Numbered from the stretch's first letter, positions 31,343-41,984 are shown. The stretch is 64,000 nt of DNA from Gammaproteobacteria bacterium (GCA_002705795.1 PAHG01000022.1:44943-108942), one strand, 5' to 3'. Translations and numbers: made by a program. Notes: generated by a model not told the origin, from the sequence alone.

Positions 31343-33576
31343 GATTCCGCCTGAAGCTCATCGACACGTTGGAATCCACGCGGCAGAAGTTTCCCACGAC
31401 GTGCGCGCTCGCCAGCAAAGTTCTCAAGATCCGATGGGGACAATGTGACGTGCCGCTTACCCGCAATCACACGAAGAGATCGAAGCGTCGGCAAGACCGT
31501 AATCGCCGTAACACGGTGTCCCTCTTTGAGAAGAGCAGGTGGTATTTGAACCAACTTATTCCCTTTGCCTTTCGTGAGCTCTGGTAACTCATGCGCCCCG
31601 AAAATCAGCAAGTGCCCACTCGAGACCGCAACAGCAATACGTGACAACTCTGCGTCAACAATCAAAGCAGGCGGTAACAACTTGGCATCACCCAAATTCA
31701 CAACCGACTTACCCGCTTTATTGCGCCCAAGCAGATCGCCATGTTTACAAATGAATCCATACCCATGATCGGTTGCCAACACCCATTGAGTCGTTTCATC
31801 GGCAAGCGCTAGCTGGGTAATCTTGGCGTTAATCGTCAGATCAATCCGGCCCGATAACGGCTCACCCTGACTCCGTGCCGATGGCAGTGTATGTGTCTGC
31901 ACGGAATACGCGCGTCCGGTCGTGTCAAATGCGACCAGTGGCTGGTTTGAGCGGCCTTGCGCTGAAGTCAGATATTGATCTCCGGACTTATAAGTCAGCG
32001 CTCGCGGATCAATGTCATGGCCTTTGGCAGACCTAATCCACCCGTTATCGCTCAACACGACAGTCACGGGCTCAGATGCCACCAACTGGTCTTCACGGAG
32101 AGCACGCGCTTCCTGCCTCGCAATGATCGGTGAATGACGTTCGTCTCCATAGGTCTCTGCATCTTGCGTGAGCTCATCTCGCATCAATCGCGTCATTTTC
32201 GCACGCGAACCGAGTACACCTTCCAAATACTTCTGCTCTTTCTCAAGCTCTGTCTGTTCCACTTGAATTTTAACTTCCTCAAGCTTGGCTAGGTGACGCA
32301 ACCGTAGATCAAGTATCGCATTCGCTTGGATTTCACTGAGCCCAAATCGGAGCATTAATTCGTGTTTTGGTTCATCCTCTTCGCGGATTATTTGAATCAC
32401 TTCGTCGATATTCAGATAAGCGACTAAATAACCTTTTAATATATGCAGACGGTCCATCACCTGATCGAGACGGTGTGTCAATCGTCGAGTCACCGTCTGA
32501 CGGCGCCAATCAAGCCACTCGGTCAAAATTGAATGCAATGATTTCACCTGCGGGCGACCATCAACACCAATCATGTTCAAGTTCACACGGTAGGATTTCT
32601 CGAGGTCAGTGGTCGCAAACAAGTGCATCATCACGTCTTCCGCGTTCACTCGATTTGAGCGCGGCGTTAATACCAAACGAATCGGATTTTCATGATCCGA
32701 CTCGTCGCGTATATCCACAATCATCGGTAGTTTTTTGGCCTGCATTTGCGCAGCAATCTGCTCAAGTATTCGAGCAGGTGATGCCTGATGTGGCAACGCA
32801 TTAATCACAATATCGCCATCCTCAGACGCATAGGTAGCGCGCATTCGAATCGACCCGTTGCCGGTCTCGTAAATCTTCCTCAGATCTGCCGACGGAGAGA
32901 TGATTTCTGCGGTCGTTGGGTAGTCTGGACCAGTGACGAATCGCATCAAGTCACTCGCTGACGCAGCCGGGTCATCCAATAAGTGGATAGCCGCATTCAC
33001 AACTTCCCGCAGATTATGGGGCGGTATATCGGTCGCCATACCGACCGCAATCCCTGTTGTGCCATTGAGGAGAATCGAAGGTACGCGGGCTGGTAATAAT
33101 TTTGGCTCTTTCAAGGTGCCATCGAAATTGGGCTGCCAATCGACAGTCCCTTGACCTAGTTCGTCGAGTAGGATTTTCGCTATGGGTGTAAGACGTGCTT
33201 CAGTGTAGCGCATTGCAGCAAAGCTTTTCGGATCATCTGGGCTGCCCCAATTTCCTTGCCCGTCGACCAGCGGATAACGTGTAGAGAATGGCTGCGCCAA
33301 CAACACCATTGCCTCATAGCATGCAGAATCACCGTGGGGGTGGAACTTACCAAGCACATCACCAACCGTTCGTGCTGATTTCTTATGCTTGGATTGAGCG
33401 GATAAACCAAGTTCGCTCATCGCATAGACAATGCGCCGCTGCACTGGTTTTAATCCATCCCCGATGTGAGGAAGGGCCCGATCCAAAATGACGTACATCG
33501 AATAATCGAGGTACGCTTTTTCGGTATATGCTTTTAGAGGAAGCCTTTCGAAGGCCTCGGTAGATTCAAGCGCCAA
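31339..33576 (-). CDS. parC: DNA topoisomerase IV subunit A
   Basis: GyrA/ParC N-terminal domain with AMRYTE (catalytic Tyr). The 745-aa length and C-terminal blades lacking a GyrA box favour ParC. Confidence 0.9.
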   Translation of the reverse strand: MALESTEAFERLPLKAYTEKAYLDYSMYVILDRALPHIGDGLKPVQRRIVYAMSELGLSAQSKHKKSARTVGDVLGKFHPHGDSACYEAMVLLAQPFSTRYPLVDGQGNWGSPDDPKSFAAMRYTEARLTPIAKILLDELGQGTVDWQPNFDGTLKEPKLLPARVPSILLNGTTGIAVGMATDIPPHNLREVVNAAIHLLDDPAASASDLMRFVTGPDYPTTAEIISPSADLRKIYETGNGSIRMRATYASEDGDIVINALPHQASPARILEQIAAQMQAKKLPMIVDIRDESDHENPIRLVLTPRSNRVNAEDVMMHLFATTDLEKSYRVNLNMIGVDGRPQVKSLHSILTEWLDWRRQTVTRRLTHRLDQVMDRLHILKGYLVAYLNIDEVIQIIREEDEPKHELMLRFGLSEIQANAILDLRLRHLAKLEEVKIQVEQTELEKEQKYLEGVLGSRAKMTRLMRDELTQDAETYGDERHSPIIARQEARALREDQLVASEPVTVVLSDNGWIRSAKGHDIDPRALTYKSGDQYLTSAQGRSNQPLVAFDTTGRAYSVQTHTLPSARSQGEPLSGRIDLTINAKITQLALADETTQWVLATDHGYGFICKHGDLLGRNKAGKSVVNLGDAKLLPPALIVDAELSRIAVAVSSGHLLIFGAHELPELTKGKGNKLVQIPPALLKEGHRVTAITVLPTLRSLRVIAGKRHVTLSPSDLENFAGERARRGKLLPRGFQRVDELQAES

Positions 33577-33611
33577 TGGAGAAACCTTTGAGTCGTTAAA
33601 AAAATCAAACG

Positions 33612-34015
33612 CTACCGGTGGATTCGATCGTAAGCAAGACTACCGAGAACTAAGCTGATTAAATATGGGATCATAATTGTAGGTTCTATTAAGACAGATG
33701 CAAACGCTGGGCCCGGACAAAGACCCGAAACACCCCAGCCAATCCCAAACATGACACTACCGATCACTAATGGTTGATCACATCATGAATCGGCACTTGA
33801 ATACCATCAAAAATTAGCGGCTTTTCGCGCTTTTTAAGGATGGAATATCCGATGGCCGCGACTGGAATCCCGCCACCCATGACGAAAATTAAGCTCGGAT
33901 CCAACGTACCCGCAATATCTAGAAAGTTAATGATCTTGGATGGATTCATCATCCCAGCAAGGTACAAACCACCACCAAATAGAGCACCGAGTACCAATGC
34001 AATGATCTGTGTCAT
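33612..34015 (-). pseudogene. YeeE/YedE-family half-protein (DUF6691-like) interrupted by a -1 frameshift
   Basis: The track ORF (82 aa) stops at ...PIHDVINH*. The family hallmark continues in another frame immediately downstream: [51 protein letters not shown] (my translation, 33767-33612). One extra T in CATT(T)AGTG would restore ...VINHLVIGSVMFGIGWG... Confidence 0.75.
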
Positions 34016-34413
34016 AGTTCACTGCCGAACAAATGACGGACAACAAAGACAGTCAACACTGCTGCCGTCATGAAAGTACAGGTCGCCACTATCGAGCGTT
34101 TTGAGAGTCTTGAAATACCGCAGATGCCGTGGCCACTGGTGCAGCCCGAACCAACACGTGTGCCATAGCCCACCAGAAAGCCACCAATCATCATTGGAAT
34201 CAGACCCATTGGTTCAAATTCATGCGGCGACGGCGCAATCATCGATAGCACCGCAGGCGATACCACCAAACCAATCAAGAAGAATGGCCGCCAGAGACCG
34301 GAGCCAAAATCAAAATTCAGCGTGCGAGCAACAATTCCCGATATACCCAGAATCCGTCCGAAGAACACAAACACGACCGCAGCCGATAATCCAATCAGCA
34401 GACCACCGAACAA
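34012..34413 (-). CDS. YeeE/YedE-family sulfur-compound transporter half-protein
   Basis: Four TM segments and the conserved [12 protein letters not shown] motif. It overlaps the downstream partner by 4 nt. Confidence 0.8.
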   Translation of the reverse strand: MFGGLLIGLSAAVVFVFFGRILGISGIVARTLNFDFGSGLWRPFFLIGLVVSPAVLSMIAPSPHEFEPMGLIPMMIGGFLVGYGTRVGSGCTSGHGICGISRLSKRSIVATCTFMTAAVLTVFVVRHLFGSEL

Positions 34414-34512
34414 AGAGGGTATCGGAGTAAATTCAGTTATGGCGGTGCACCTCTCTATCAGTGCAAGGAACAGTATCGAACTTATTTCAGTTTTATTATA
34501 AGCTTATATCAA

Positions 34513-35397
34513 ATGATTCTAACTTGGGACATCGCTATGATACCGAAGGTTCATGCCTTTTTTGATCCAAATACCTGGTCTCTAACCTATATCGTTCAAG
34601 ATCCAAACTCTGGATCTTGTGCCATCGTCGACCCGGTGCTTGATTATGAAGCCGCGAGTGGTCGAACGACAACGGAAAGTGCGGATGAAGTTGTCGCGAA
34701 GGTTGAAGCTGAAAACCTGACGATCGAATGGATACTGGAAACCCATGTCCACGCAGACCACTTGTCAGCCGCTCCCTACCTGCAAAAGAGGCTCGGTGGA
34801 AAAATTGGTATTGGTGCTCATATAACCGACGTACAAAACATTTTTAGTAATTTGTTCAACGCCGAACCTGAATTTCAGTGTGACGGATCGCAGTTCAATC
34901 AATTGTTTGCGGATGGCGATACCTTTGCAATCGGTGGACTCACCGTTACAGCCATCCATACGCCTGGACACACGCCTGCCTGCATGACATATCATATTGG
35001 CGACAGCCTCTTTGTCGGCGACACCCTGTTTATGCCAGACTTCGGGACCGCGCGTTGCGACTTCCCTGGTGGCAAAGCGAGTACTCTTTATCAAAGCATC
35101 CAGAAACTGTTCACACTACCTCCAGAAACACGGATCTTCATATGTCATGACTACATGCCGAATGGTCGTGAAATGCGGTATGAGACGACCGTGGGCGAGC
35201 AGAAAAAATTCAACATCCACCTGCATGAAGGGATCTCCGAAGACGAATTTGTGACGATGCGCTCAGCTAAAGACAAAACACTTAGCATGCCAGAACTTAT
35301 GCTGCCATCGGTTCAGGTCAATATGCGAGCCGGAGAATTACCTCCCCCAGAGGTTAATGGAATACGCTATCTGAAAATCCCGCTCGACGCCGTCTGA
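34513..35397 (+). CDS. MBL-fold hydrolase, persulfide dioxygenase-like
   Basis: The HVHADH metal motif, TPGHTP, and a length of about 290 aa typical of bacterial type II PDOs. The alternative start MIPKVHAFF is at 34537. Confidence 0.75.
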   Translation: MILTWDIAMIPKVHAFFDPNTWSLTYIVQDPNSGSCAIVDPVLDYEAASGRTTTESADEVVAKVEAENLTIEWILETHVHADHLSAAPYLQKRLGGKIGIGAHITDVQNIFSNLFNAEPEFQCDGSQFNQLFADGDTFAIGGLTVTAIHTPGHTPACMTYHIGDSLFVGDTLFMPDFGTARCDFPGGKASTLYQSIQKLFTLPPETRIFICHDYMPNGREMRYETTVGEQKKFNIHLHEGISEDEFVTMRSAKDKTLSMPELMLPSVQVNMRAGELPPPEVNGIRYLKIPLDAV

Positions 35398-35406
35398 GGA
35401 GGCCCC

Positions 35407-35817
35407 ATGATTATCCGTGAATTAACCACTCATCTCTCTGTTGCTGACCAACTTACGTTGGATGATTTAGACAGAGTTAAAGAAGCCGGTTTTAGGTCCG
35501 TGATCTGTAACCGGCCTGATGAAGAAGGTGAGCCACACGCCCAAGCAGACGCAATGGCACGAAAAGCAAACGCCCTAGGTCTTGAGTTCCGTTATCTACC
35601 TGTTAACGGAGCGAGCATCTCCGACTCAGACGTGGAGCAACATGCCATGCTGCTTTCCGAGGTCCCAACACCCGTATTGACCTACTGCCGCTCTGGTGCA
35701 CGTTGCGCAAAATTATGGGCGCTCTCAGAGACTGGCAAGCAAAACGCGAATACTCTCGTTGAGACTGTCGACAAAGCCGGTTTAAGCATAGTCGACATCG
35801 CACACCGTTTGTCATGA
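35407..35817 (+). CDS. DUF442/TIGR01244-type sulfurtransferase or phosphatase-fold protein
   Basis: About 136 aa with a CRSGARC P-loop-like cysteine motif. This domain is often fused or adjacent to PDO (Blh-type). Confidence 0.7.
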   Translation: MIIRELTTHLSVADQLTLDDLDRVKEAGFRSVICNRPDEEGEPHAQADAMARKANALGLEFRYLPVNGASISDSDVEQHAMLLSEVPTPVLTYCRSGARCAKLWALSETGKQNANTLVETVDKAGLSIVDIAHRLS

Positions 35818-35850
35818 ACCATGCACAGACTAGTCAACTAAAATCAGCCC

Positions 35851-37587
35851 GTGCCAAAGCTGCCAATACTTAAATGGATCAAAACCTACGATACATCTAA
35901 GCTAGGTGATGATGCGATCGCGGCCGTCATCGTGACAGTCATGCTAATTCCACAGTCTCTCGCGTACGCCATGCTGGCTGGATTACCGCCCGAGGTAGGC
36001 CTGTATGCGTCAATCCTTCCATTGTTTATGTATGCGCTCTTTGGCTCAAGCATGACGCTCGCAGTCGGCCCAGTAGCGGTTATTTCACTGATGACCGCCG
36101 CTGCGGCAGGCCAAGTCGCCATCCAGGGTTCTGCTGAATATCTCGGTGCAGTAATATTGCTCAGTCTTTTATCTGGCGTCATTTTGGTGGGGCTCGGATT
36201 TGCTCGAGCGGGATTTCTCGCAAACTTGCTTTCACACCCCGTCATTTCAGGCTTCATCAGCGCGTCCGCGGTTCTGATTGCATTTAGTCAGCTTAAGCAC
36301 ATTCTAGGCGTCCCTGCCTATGGACACGACATGCCTTCTATCTTGTATGATTTGGCTAATCATCATACCGAGATCAACCTACCGACCCTCATCATTGGAG
36401 TTCTATCGATTACGTTTTTATTGTGGATACGCGGGGGACTGGAATCCTTGCTGATGAAAACTGACGTACCACCCAGGCTAGCGAGTACCGTCGCAAGAGC
36501 TGGACCGGTGATGGCTGTCTTTATCTCAACAGCCATTGTCAGTTTCTTTACGTTGGACCAATCTGGTGTGTCCATCGTCGGGGTGATTCCAAAAGGCCTT
36601 CCAGTGCCCGCATTACCGGACCTCGATCTGACAATCGCCACTGAGCTGCTACCCGCGGCTTTTCTAATTTCGATCGTCGGCTTTGTTGAATCAGTGAGTG
36701 TTGGCCAGACTCTGGCTGCCCGACGTCGCGAACGGATTCAGCCAAATCAGGAATTAATCGGTCTCGGTGCTGCAAATATCGCAAGCGGCATTGGTGGCGG
36801 CTTGCCAGTAACCGGTGGATTCAGCCGCTCAGTCGTCAATTTTGATGCCGGAGCCAGAACACCATTCGCTGGCGTCATGACAGCGGTCATGGTCGCACTG
36901 ACAGTCTTGTTTCTAACACCGCTTTTTAAATTCTTACCTAAAGCAGTACTTGCCGCTACAGTAATCGTTGCGGTCCTATCCCTGATCGATTTAAAAACGA
37001 TCCATCGAGTCTGGGTCTTTTCAAAGCCAGACTTTTTGGCCATGGCAACGACTATTGTTGTCGTACTCGGTGTCGGCGTTGAGGCAGGAATCATCGCGGG
37101 CATCCTAGTGTCAGTTAGTTTTTTGCTGGCAAAAATCGCACACCCACATTTTGCTGTGATTGGTCAAATTCCAGGAACCCAGCATTTTCGGAACGTGAAT
37201 CGTTACGATGTTTTAGAAAGCAAAAAGGTCCTCGCTCTACGCCTAGATGAAATGCTTTATTTCCTCAATGGCCACACTTTTGAAGACACCGTGAACCAAC
37301 TACTTAACACCAACAAAAATATGACCGATCTGGTGTTACTCTGTAATGGCATCAACGAGATTGACGCATCAGGCCTGGAGGTGTTGGAGTCTATCAATGA
37401 CCGCCTCAACTCTCAGTGCATCAGGTTCCACTTGTCCGAGGTCAAAGGGCCAGTCATGGACAGGTTAAATCGCGTCGGATTTGAAACCCATCTTACGGGT
37501 CAGATTTTCCTCTCGCACTACGAGGCGATGTGTACCCTCGACCCAGAATGTGAGAGAAACGGCAAAGCCCAGTCAGCCGGAGCCTAA
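35851..37587 (+). CDS. SulP-family anion permease with C-terminal STAS domain
   Basis: GTG start, a polytopic SulP core (..LPQSLAYA.LAGLPP..GLY) and a STAS domain at the C-terminus. Confidence 0.88.
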   Translation: MPKLPILKWIKTYDTSKLGDDAIAAVIVTVMLIPQSLAYAMLAGLPPEVGLYASILPLFMYALFGSSMTLAVGPVAVISLMTAAAAGQVAIQGSAEYLGAVILLSLLSGVILVGLGFARAGFLANLLSHPVISGFISASAVLIAFSQLKHILGVPAYGHDMPSILYDLANHHTEINLPTLIIGVLSITFLLWIRGGLESLLMKTDVPPRLASTVARAGPVMAVFISTAIVSFFTLDQSGVSIVGVIPKGLPVPALPDLDLTIATELLPAAFLISIVGFVESVSVGQTLAARRRERIQPNQELIGLGAANIASGIGGGLPVTGGFSRSVVNFDAGARTPFAGVMTAVMVALTVLFLTPLFKFLPKAVLAATVIVAVLSLIDLKTIHRVWVFSKPDFLAMATTIVVVLGVGVEAGIIAGILVSVSFLLAKIAHPHFAVIGQIPGTQHFRNVNRYDVLESKKVLALRLDEMLYFLNGHTFEDTVNQLLNTNKNMTDLVLLCNGINEIDASGLEVLESINDRLNSQCIRFHLSEVKGPVMDRLNRVGFETHLTGQIFLSHYEAMCTLDPECERNGKAQSAGA

Positions 37588-38478
37588 CAGCTCACGGAAC
37601 GGGCGTTCACCTGCGAGAGCATCTCTAGCATCTTTCCGATCCCATCCAGAGGCAACCAGTAGACCCGTTCGTAAATCCCAATCTAGTTCGTTCAACAGCT
37701 GATAAGCACGCGACTGGTCAAGCCCCGCGATTTGACCGGCTAGGATACGGGCCTGGCGCTCTTTCAGCTTGGCATTCGTGGCCTGAACACATAGCATCTC
37801 GTTCCCTAAAACCCGTCCGAGCTGGCTCATCAGTGCAGTGGAAAACACATTTAAAAGTGCTTTCTGCGCTGTCCCAGCGCCCAACCGAGTCGAGCCAGCG
37901 ATTACTTCAGCCCCTGTGGTGGTCACCAAACCATGGTCCGCAATATCAATCAGTCGGCCCGCCTGGTTTGAGCTCACCGCGATTGTGAGGGCGCCTCGTT
38001 CTTTTGCAGATGCTAAAACCTGACAAGTGAAGGGCGTATTTCCAGAGGCCGCGACACCGATTACGACGTCTAGTTTAGTGATCTCGAGATTTTCAACTTG
38101 TGAGACAGCGTCAGTGACATCGTCCTCAGCACCCTCAACCGATTTAGCCAGCGCTCTGGAACCCCCAGCAATTAAATACCCCAATCGATTCACTGGCCAG
38201 CCAAATGTTGGCACCAACTCAACTCCATCCTGAACACCAATACGAATCGAACAGCCCGCACCCGCATACATCAATCGACCATCGCTAGCACGCAAGCGCG
38301 AGGCCGCAGCCTCCACCGCGGCGCCAACATGATCTGCGATTTGCTGGACGGACTCCACTGCCCGCGCCTGTGATGCCAATAATCGTTTCAACTGCACGGA
38401 GACCGGCAACCGATCAAAGTCTCGGCCGGCTGGGTCGACGATCTCCGTCGGCGACAGTGTTACTTTTTTTTGTTCCAC
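37573..38478 (-). CDS. murQ: N-acetylmuramic acid 6-phosphate etherase
   Basis: SIS domain pattern (YAGAG.S.R.G..D..E..PTFG, GVAASG.TP) at a MurQ length of 301 aa. Confidence 0.8.
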   Translation of the reverse strand: MEQKKVTLSPTEIVDPAGRDFDRLPVSVQLKRLLASQARAVESVQQIADHVGAAVEAAASRLRASDGRLMYAGAGCSIRIGVQDGVELVPTFGWPVNRLGYLIAGGSRALAKSVEGAEDDVTDAVSQVENLEITKLDVVIGVAASGNTPFTCQVLASAKERGALTIAVSSNQAGRLIDIADHGLVTTTGAEVIAGSTRLGAGTAQKALLNVFSTALMSQLGRVLGNEMLCVQATNAKLKERQARILAGQIAGLDQSRAYQLLNELDWDLRTGLLVASGWDRKDARDALAGERPFRELLGSG

Positions 38479-40112
38479 GCGTCTTTCAACGTGACAGAAC
38501 GATTATAAATGATGTGCCCGTCTCGGCTCTCGGGATCTTGTTTGAAAAAACCAACACGCTCGAACTGGAAATAGGTGTCAGGCATCAGCGCGCCTAGCAC
38601 AGGCTCGACCAGGGCTTTGCCCGTAATCAGTGAATCTGGATTAATCAAGGGTACGGGATCATCGTAGCTTCCGGGATCCGTAACGCTGAAGAGTCGATCA
38701 TACATACGGACATCAACTTCCTTGGCAGACTCTTCGTGCACCCAATGAATGGTCCCTTTCACCTTACGACCCGACTGATCTTGCCTCGAGCGTGTCTTGG
38801 GATCGTATCGCACATAAACCTCAGTTACACGACCATCAGCATCCTTAGTCATGCCCTCATAATCGACAATGAAACCATACTTCAAGCGCACGCTCCCGCC
38901 CGGAACAAGCCTGAAGAATCCCTCCGGCGGCTCAGGCTCAAAATCAGAACGATCGATGTAAAGCTCGCGGCCAAAAGGTATCACACGTGATCCGAACTCG
39001 GGTCGCCCAGGATGATGGGGAACGTCAAGTTCTAGCGGATCCTGATCCCAGTTTGTTACAACCACCTTTAGTGGATCCAGAACAGCCATCGCCTTGTGCG
39101 CGCGACCTTCTAGGTCGTCACGAATTGACCCCTCAAGAACCTGAAGTTCAATGGTGTTAGGCTTGCGGGTCACACCTATGCGCTCGCAAAATAATCGAAT
39201 GCCTTCTGGTGAATACCCACGGCGACGCATCCCGGCGATCGTAGGCATACGCGGATCATCCCAGCCTGAGACATGCCCGTTCTGGACTAGCGCATCCAAT
39301 TTACGCTTACTCGTCACAGTACCCTCGAGTTCAAGGCGACTAAATTCGGTTTGCCTCGGTCGACTTGGTACCGGCAGCCTTTTCAGTAGCCACTCATATA
39401 ACGGCCTGTGGTCTTCGAATTCGAGAGTACACAGGGAATGCGTGATCCCCTCAATCGCATCGCTCTGACCGTGGGCATAGTCGTATGTTGGGTAAATACA
39501 CCATTGATCGCCGGCTCGCGGGTGCGAGATGTGCCGGATGCGATACAGGGCAGGATCGCGAAGATTAACATTGGACGCTGCCATCGATATCTTTGCCCGG
39601 AGACCCGCCGCACCTTCGGGTAACTCGCCATCGCGCATCCTTAAGAATAACGCCTCATTTTCTTCGGCAGTACGGTCGCGGTAAGCACTATCGACTCCTG
39701 GCTCAGTCAACGTCCCACGGTTGGCCCGCATTTCCTCAGCCGACTGCTCATCGACATAGGCATCACCATTCCGTATCAGATGCAATGCCCACTCAAACAG
39801 CTGATCGAAGTAATCAGCGGTATGACACAGCTCCGACCACTCAAATCCAAGCCAACGCACATCTTCTTCGATCGCATCAATGTACTCTTGCGACTCTTTC
39901 TCGGGATTCGTGTCATCAAACCTAAGATTACAACGTCCACCGAACTCTTCAGCTAAGCCAAAATTGAGGCAAATGCTTTTCGCGTGACCGACATGTAGGT
40001 AGCCGTTGGGCTCTGGCGGGAACCGTGTGACAATCTCTTCGACTTGGCCTTGTTTAATTTGATCACTGATTTTTGTTCGAATAAAGTTGGTCGGTTTTAC
40101 GCTCACAGTCAC
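38460..40112 (-). CDS. glnS: Glutamine-tRNA ligase
   Basis: NFIR..I......TRFPPEPNGYLHVGHAK (HIGH) and VTSKRKL (KMSKS-like), at 550 aa. Confidence 0.93.
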   Translation of the reverse strand: MTVSVKPTNFIRTKISDQIKQGQVEEIVTRFPPEPNGYLHVGHAKSICLNFGLAEEFGGRCNLRFDDTNPEKESQEYIDAIEEDVRWLGFEWSELCHTADYFDQLFEWALHLIRNGDAYVDEQSAEEMRANRGTLTEPGVDSAYRDRTAEENEALFLRMRDGELPEGAAGLRAKISMAASNVNLRDPALYRIRHISHPRAGDQWCIYPTYDYAHGQSDAIEGITHSLCTLEFEDHRPLYEWLLKRLPVPSRPRQTEFSRLELEGTVTSKRKLDALVQNGHVSGWDDPRMPTIAGMRRRGYSPEGIRLFCERIGVTRKPNTIELQVLEGSIRDDLEGRAHKAMAVLDPLKVVVTNWDQDPLELDVPHHPGRPEFGSRVIPFGRELYIDRSDFEPEPPEGFFRLVPGGSVRLKYGFIVDYEGMTKDADGRVTEVYVRYDPKTRSRQDQSGRKVKGTIHWVHEESAKEVDVRMYDRLFSVTDPGSYDDPVPLINPDSLITGKALVEPVLGALMPDTYFQFERVGFFKQDPESRDGHIIYNRSVTLKDAWNKKK

Positions 40113-40972
40113 ACCATCAATATCGCAGCGAGCTTTTTGCGGCCCGTCCGCGCTCGCGCATCCTCATTACCCAACCGATCAAAAATCTTAATCAACAGCA
40201 GACGCGCAGCATCTTCGTTGTATTGACGGTCCGCTCTAACAACAGTCAACAGGTGCTCGATTGCTGACTCGACATCGTCCGCTACGATCAGGTGTACGGC
40301 CAAGAAATAGCGGGCCTCACTGTCTGCAGCATTCGCAGTAACACGCGATTCACAGCTCACTCGGTCTGGCGCACCGGCAAGCAATTCCTGAAAAGCCTTC
40401 CCCGCCAGAATAGACTTCGCTCGCGGATCCGTTTTCTGTGCATCAGGGAGCCGGTCAACGATCGCCTTTGCGCTCTCCAAATCACCTTTTTTCATTAGCG
40501 CCTGCGCCATATCGAGATATACATCATAATTTTCAGGATCATCCGCTGTAATCAACTGATAAAGTGCGATCGCCTCATCATATTGACCGAGCTCGACAAG
40601 TTCCGATGCACGCTCTATCGGAGAAGCCTCTAGGCGCTCAACGTGCCTATCCAGTATCGCTCGGATCTCCCCTTCTGGAAGCGCACCCATGAAATGGTCA
40701 GCAGGCTGGCCGTCTTTGAAAAGCACAACGGTCGGTAACGAACGGATCCCCATACTGGTAACAAGCATTTGCTCTGCATCCGAATCAACTTTGGCAAGAA
40801 CAAAGGCCCCAGCATATTCATCGGCGAGACGCTCGAGAATTGGCCCTAGACTTTTGCAAGGACCGCACCACTCAGCATAAAAATCCACAAGAACAGGGGT
40901 TTCCTGTGATTTTTTTAAGACGTCTGTTTCAAATGTTTCAGATGTGACTTGGATTGAATAAAGATCGGACAT
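40109..40972 (-). CDS. Thioredoxin-domain plus TPR chaperedoxin (YbbN/CnoX-like)
   Basis: N-terminal Trx fold with an intact WCGPC motif and a C-terminal TPR-like helical region. Confidence 0.8.
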   Translation of the reverse strand: MSDLYSIQVTSETFETDVLKKSQETPVLVDFYAEWCGPCKSLGPILERLADEYAGAFVLAKVDSDAEQMLVTSMGIRSLPTVVLFKDGQPADHFMGALPEGEIRAILDRHVERLEASPIERASELVELGQYDEAIALYQLITADDPENYDVYLDMAQALMKKGDLESAKAIVDRLPDAQKTDPRAKSILAGKAFQELLAGAPDRVSCESRVTANAADSEARYFLAVHLIVADDVESAIEHLLTVVRADRQYNEDAARLLLIKIFDRLGNEDARARTGRKKLAAILMV

Positions 40973-41042
40973 AACAACCTGTTAGTATCGCAAAGTTTCG
41001 GCAGAGTATACCCTGTCGCGACGTTCTGAAGTGAGACCACAT

Positions 41043-41462
41043 ATGCAATTGAGTGATAGACAGCAAGAAATCATCGACGAGTTTCAGTTTTTTGATTCCT
41101 GGATGGATAAATATCAATACCTCATTGATCTGGGTCATGAGCTTGAACCACTTACGGAGGAGGAAAAAAACGAGAATAACGTGGTTAGAGGCTGCCAATC
41201 ACAAGTCTGGATGGTTGTTGATGGGGATGCGGCTAACGTCACCATTCGCGCAAATTCAGATGCCGCTATTGTATCCGGCTTGATCGCCCTCGTGGTTCGG
41301 CTTTACTCCAAAGCGTCAGCAGAGGAAATTATTAAAACGGAGCCCGAGTTCGTCGAAGCTCTTGGTTTGTCTCAACATTTATCGCCAACAAGGGCGAATG
41401 GTCTAGCCTCCATGCTTCAACGACTCAAGGCTGAAACGGCTCAATTAATCGCTAAATCATAA
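41043..41462 (+). CDS. sufE: Cysteine desulfuration (sulfur acceptor) protein SufE
   Basis: SufE/CsdE family with the active-site motif VRGCQSQVW. The start is trimmed to the ATG at 41043; the track GTG is at 41031. Confidence 0.88.
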   Translation: MQLSDRQQEIIDEFQFFDSWMDKYQYLIDLGHELEPLTEEEKNENNVVRGCQSQVWMVVDGDAANVTIRANSDAAIVSGLIALVVRLYSKASAEEIIKTEPEFVEALGLSQHLSPTRANGLASMLQRLKAETAQLIAKS

Positions 41463-41469
41463 TAAACGC

Positions 41470-41500
41470 TTGATATAGGACTCATTCGGTCCTATATAAT
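41470..41500 (+). promoter_or_regulatory. suf promoter with an embedded 8+8 bp palindromic operator
   Basis: TTGATA (41470-41475), a 17-nt spacer and TATATA(AT). The perfect inverted repeat TATAGGAC-tcattcg-GTCCTATA (41474-41496) spans the spacer and the -10 element. Confidence 0.6.
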
Positions 41501-41531
41501 GCAGACTCTGAAAAAAATCCGCGGTACCCCG

Positions 41532-41984
41532 ATGGTTCGACTATCAAAACTCACTGACTATGCCTCCGTCATCCTAGCTCAGATGGCAAAGCAACCCGAC
41601 ATGCTATGGTCTGCCGGACAACTATCCGGGGAGTCATCTGTTCCAAAGCCGACCTGCATTAAATTGCTCAAGCTTCTGGTCAAAGGTGATGTTTTGAAAT
41701 CGACCCAAGGCGCTCGTGGCGGCTACAGCCTGGCTAAGGCCCCATCGCAAATTCCAGTAAAAACCATTATCGAGGCCATCGAAGGACCGTTGGCTATAAC
41801 CGAGTGCGGCACAGATGAAGCGCTTTGCCGACTCACCGACCACTGCTCAGTGATGTCCCGGTGGCGGGAGTTAGGTGATCAGGTCAATTATATTCTGACA
41901 AAAACAACGTTAGAAGATCTGATTAGCCCACACACGCTCTATGCCCGATCCGATCGGCGCATCGAGACTCTGGAGGTAAATTAA
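41532..41984 (+). CDS. Rrf2-family SUF-system Fe-S assembly regulator
   Basis: [11 protein letters not shown]... wHTH N-terminus and a C-x6-C-x5-C cluster-ligand motif ([14 protein letters not shown]). The track start at 41499 overlaps the predicted -10, so I use the Met at 41532. Confidence 0.85.
   Translation: MVRLSKLTDYASVILAQMAKQPDMLWSAGQLSGESSVPKPTCIKLLKLLVKGDVLKSTQGARGGYSLAKAPSQIPVKTIIEAIEGPLAITECGTDEALCRLTDHCSVMSRWRELGDQVNYILTKTTLEDLISPHTLYARSDRRIETLEVN

Noticed and set aside
34497-34508. The 12-bp perfect palindrome TATAAGCTTATA as a stand-alone regulatory call.
   Set aside because: It is AT-rich and indistinguishable from overlapping -10-like hexamers of divergent promoters. I mention it only as context in the sulfur-module finding.
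35886-37103. Several 78-123 aa minus-strand ORFs inside the SulP gene.
   Set aside because: They are Ala/Thr/Pro/Ser-rich mirror frames of a GC-biased membrane-protein gene. The SulP frame is continuous and carries family motifs.
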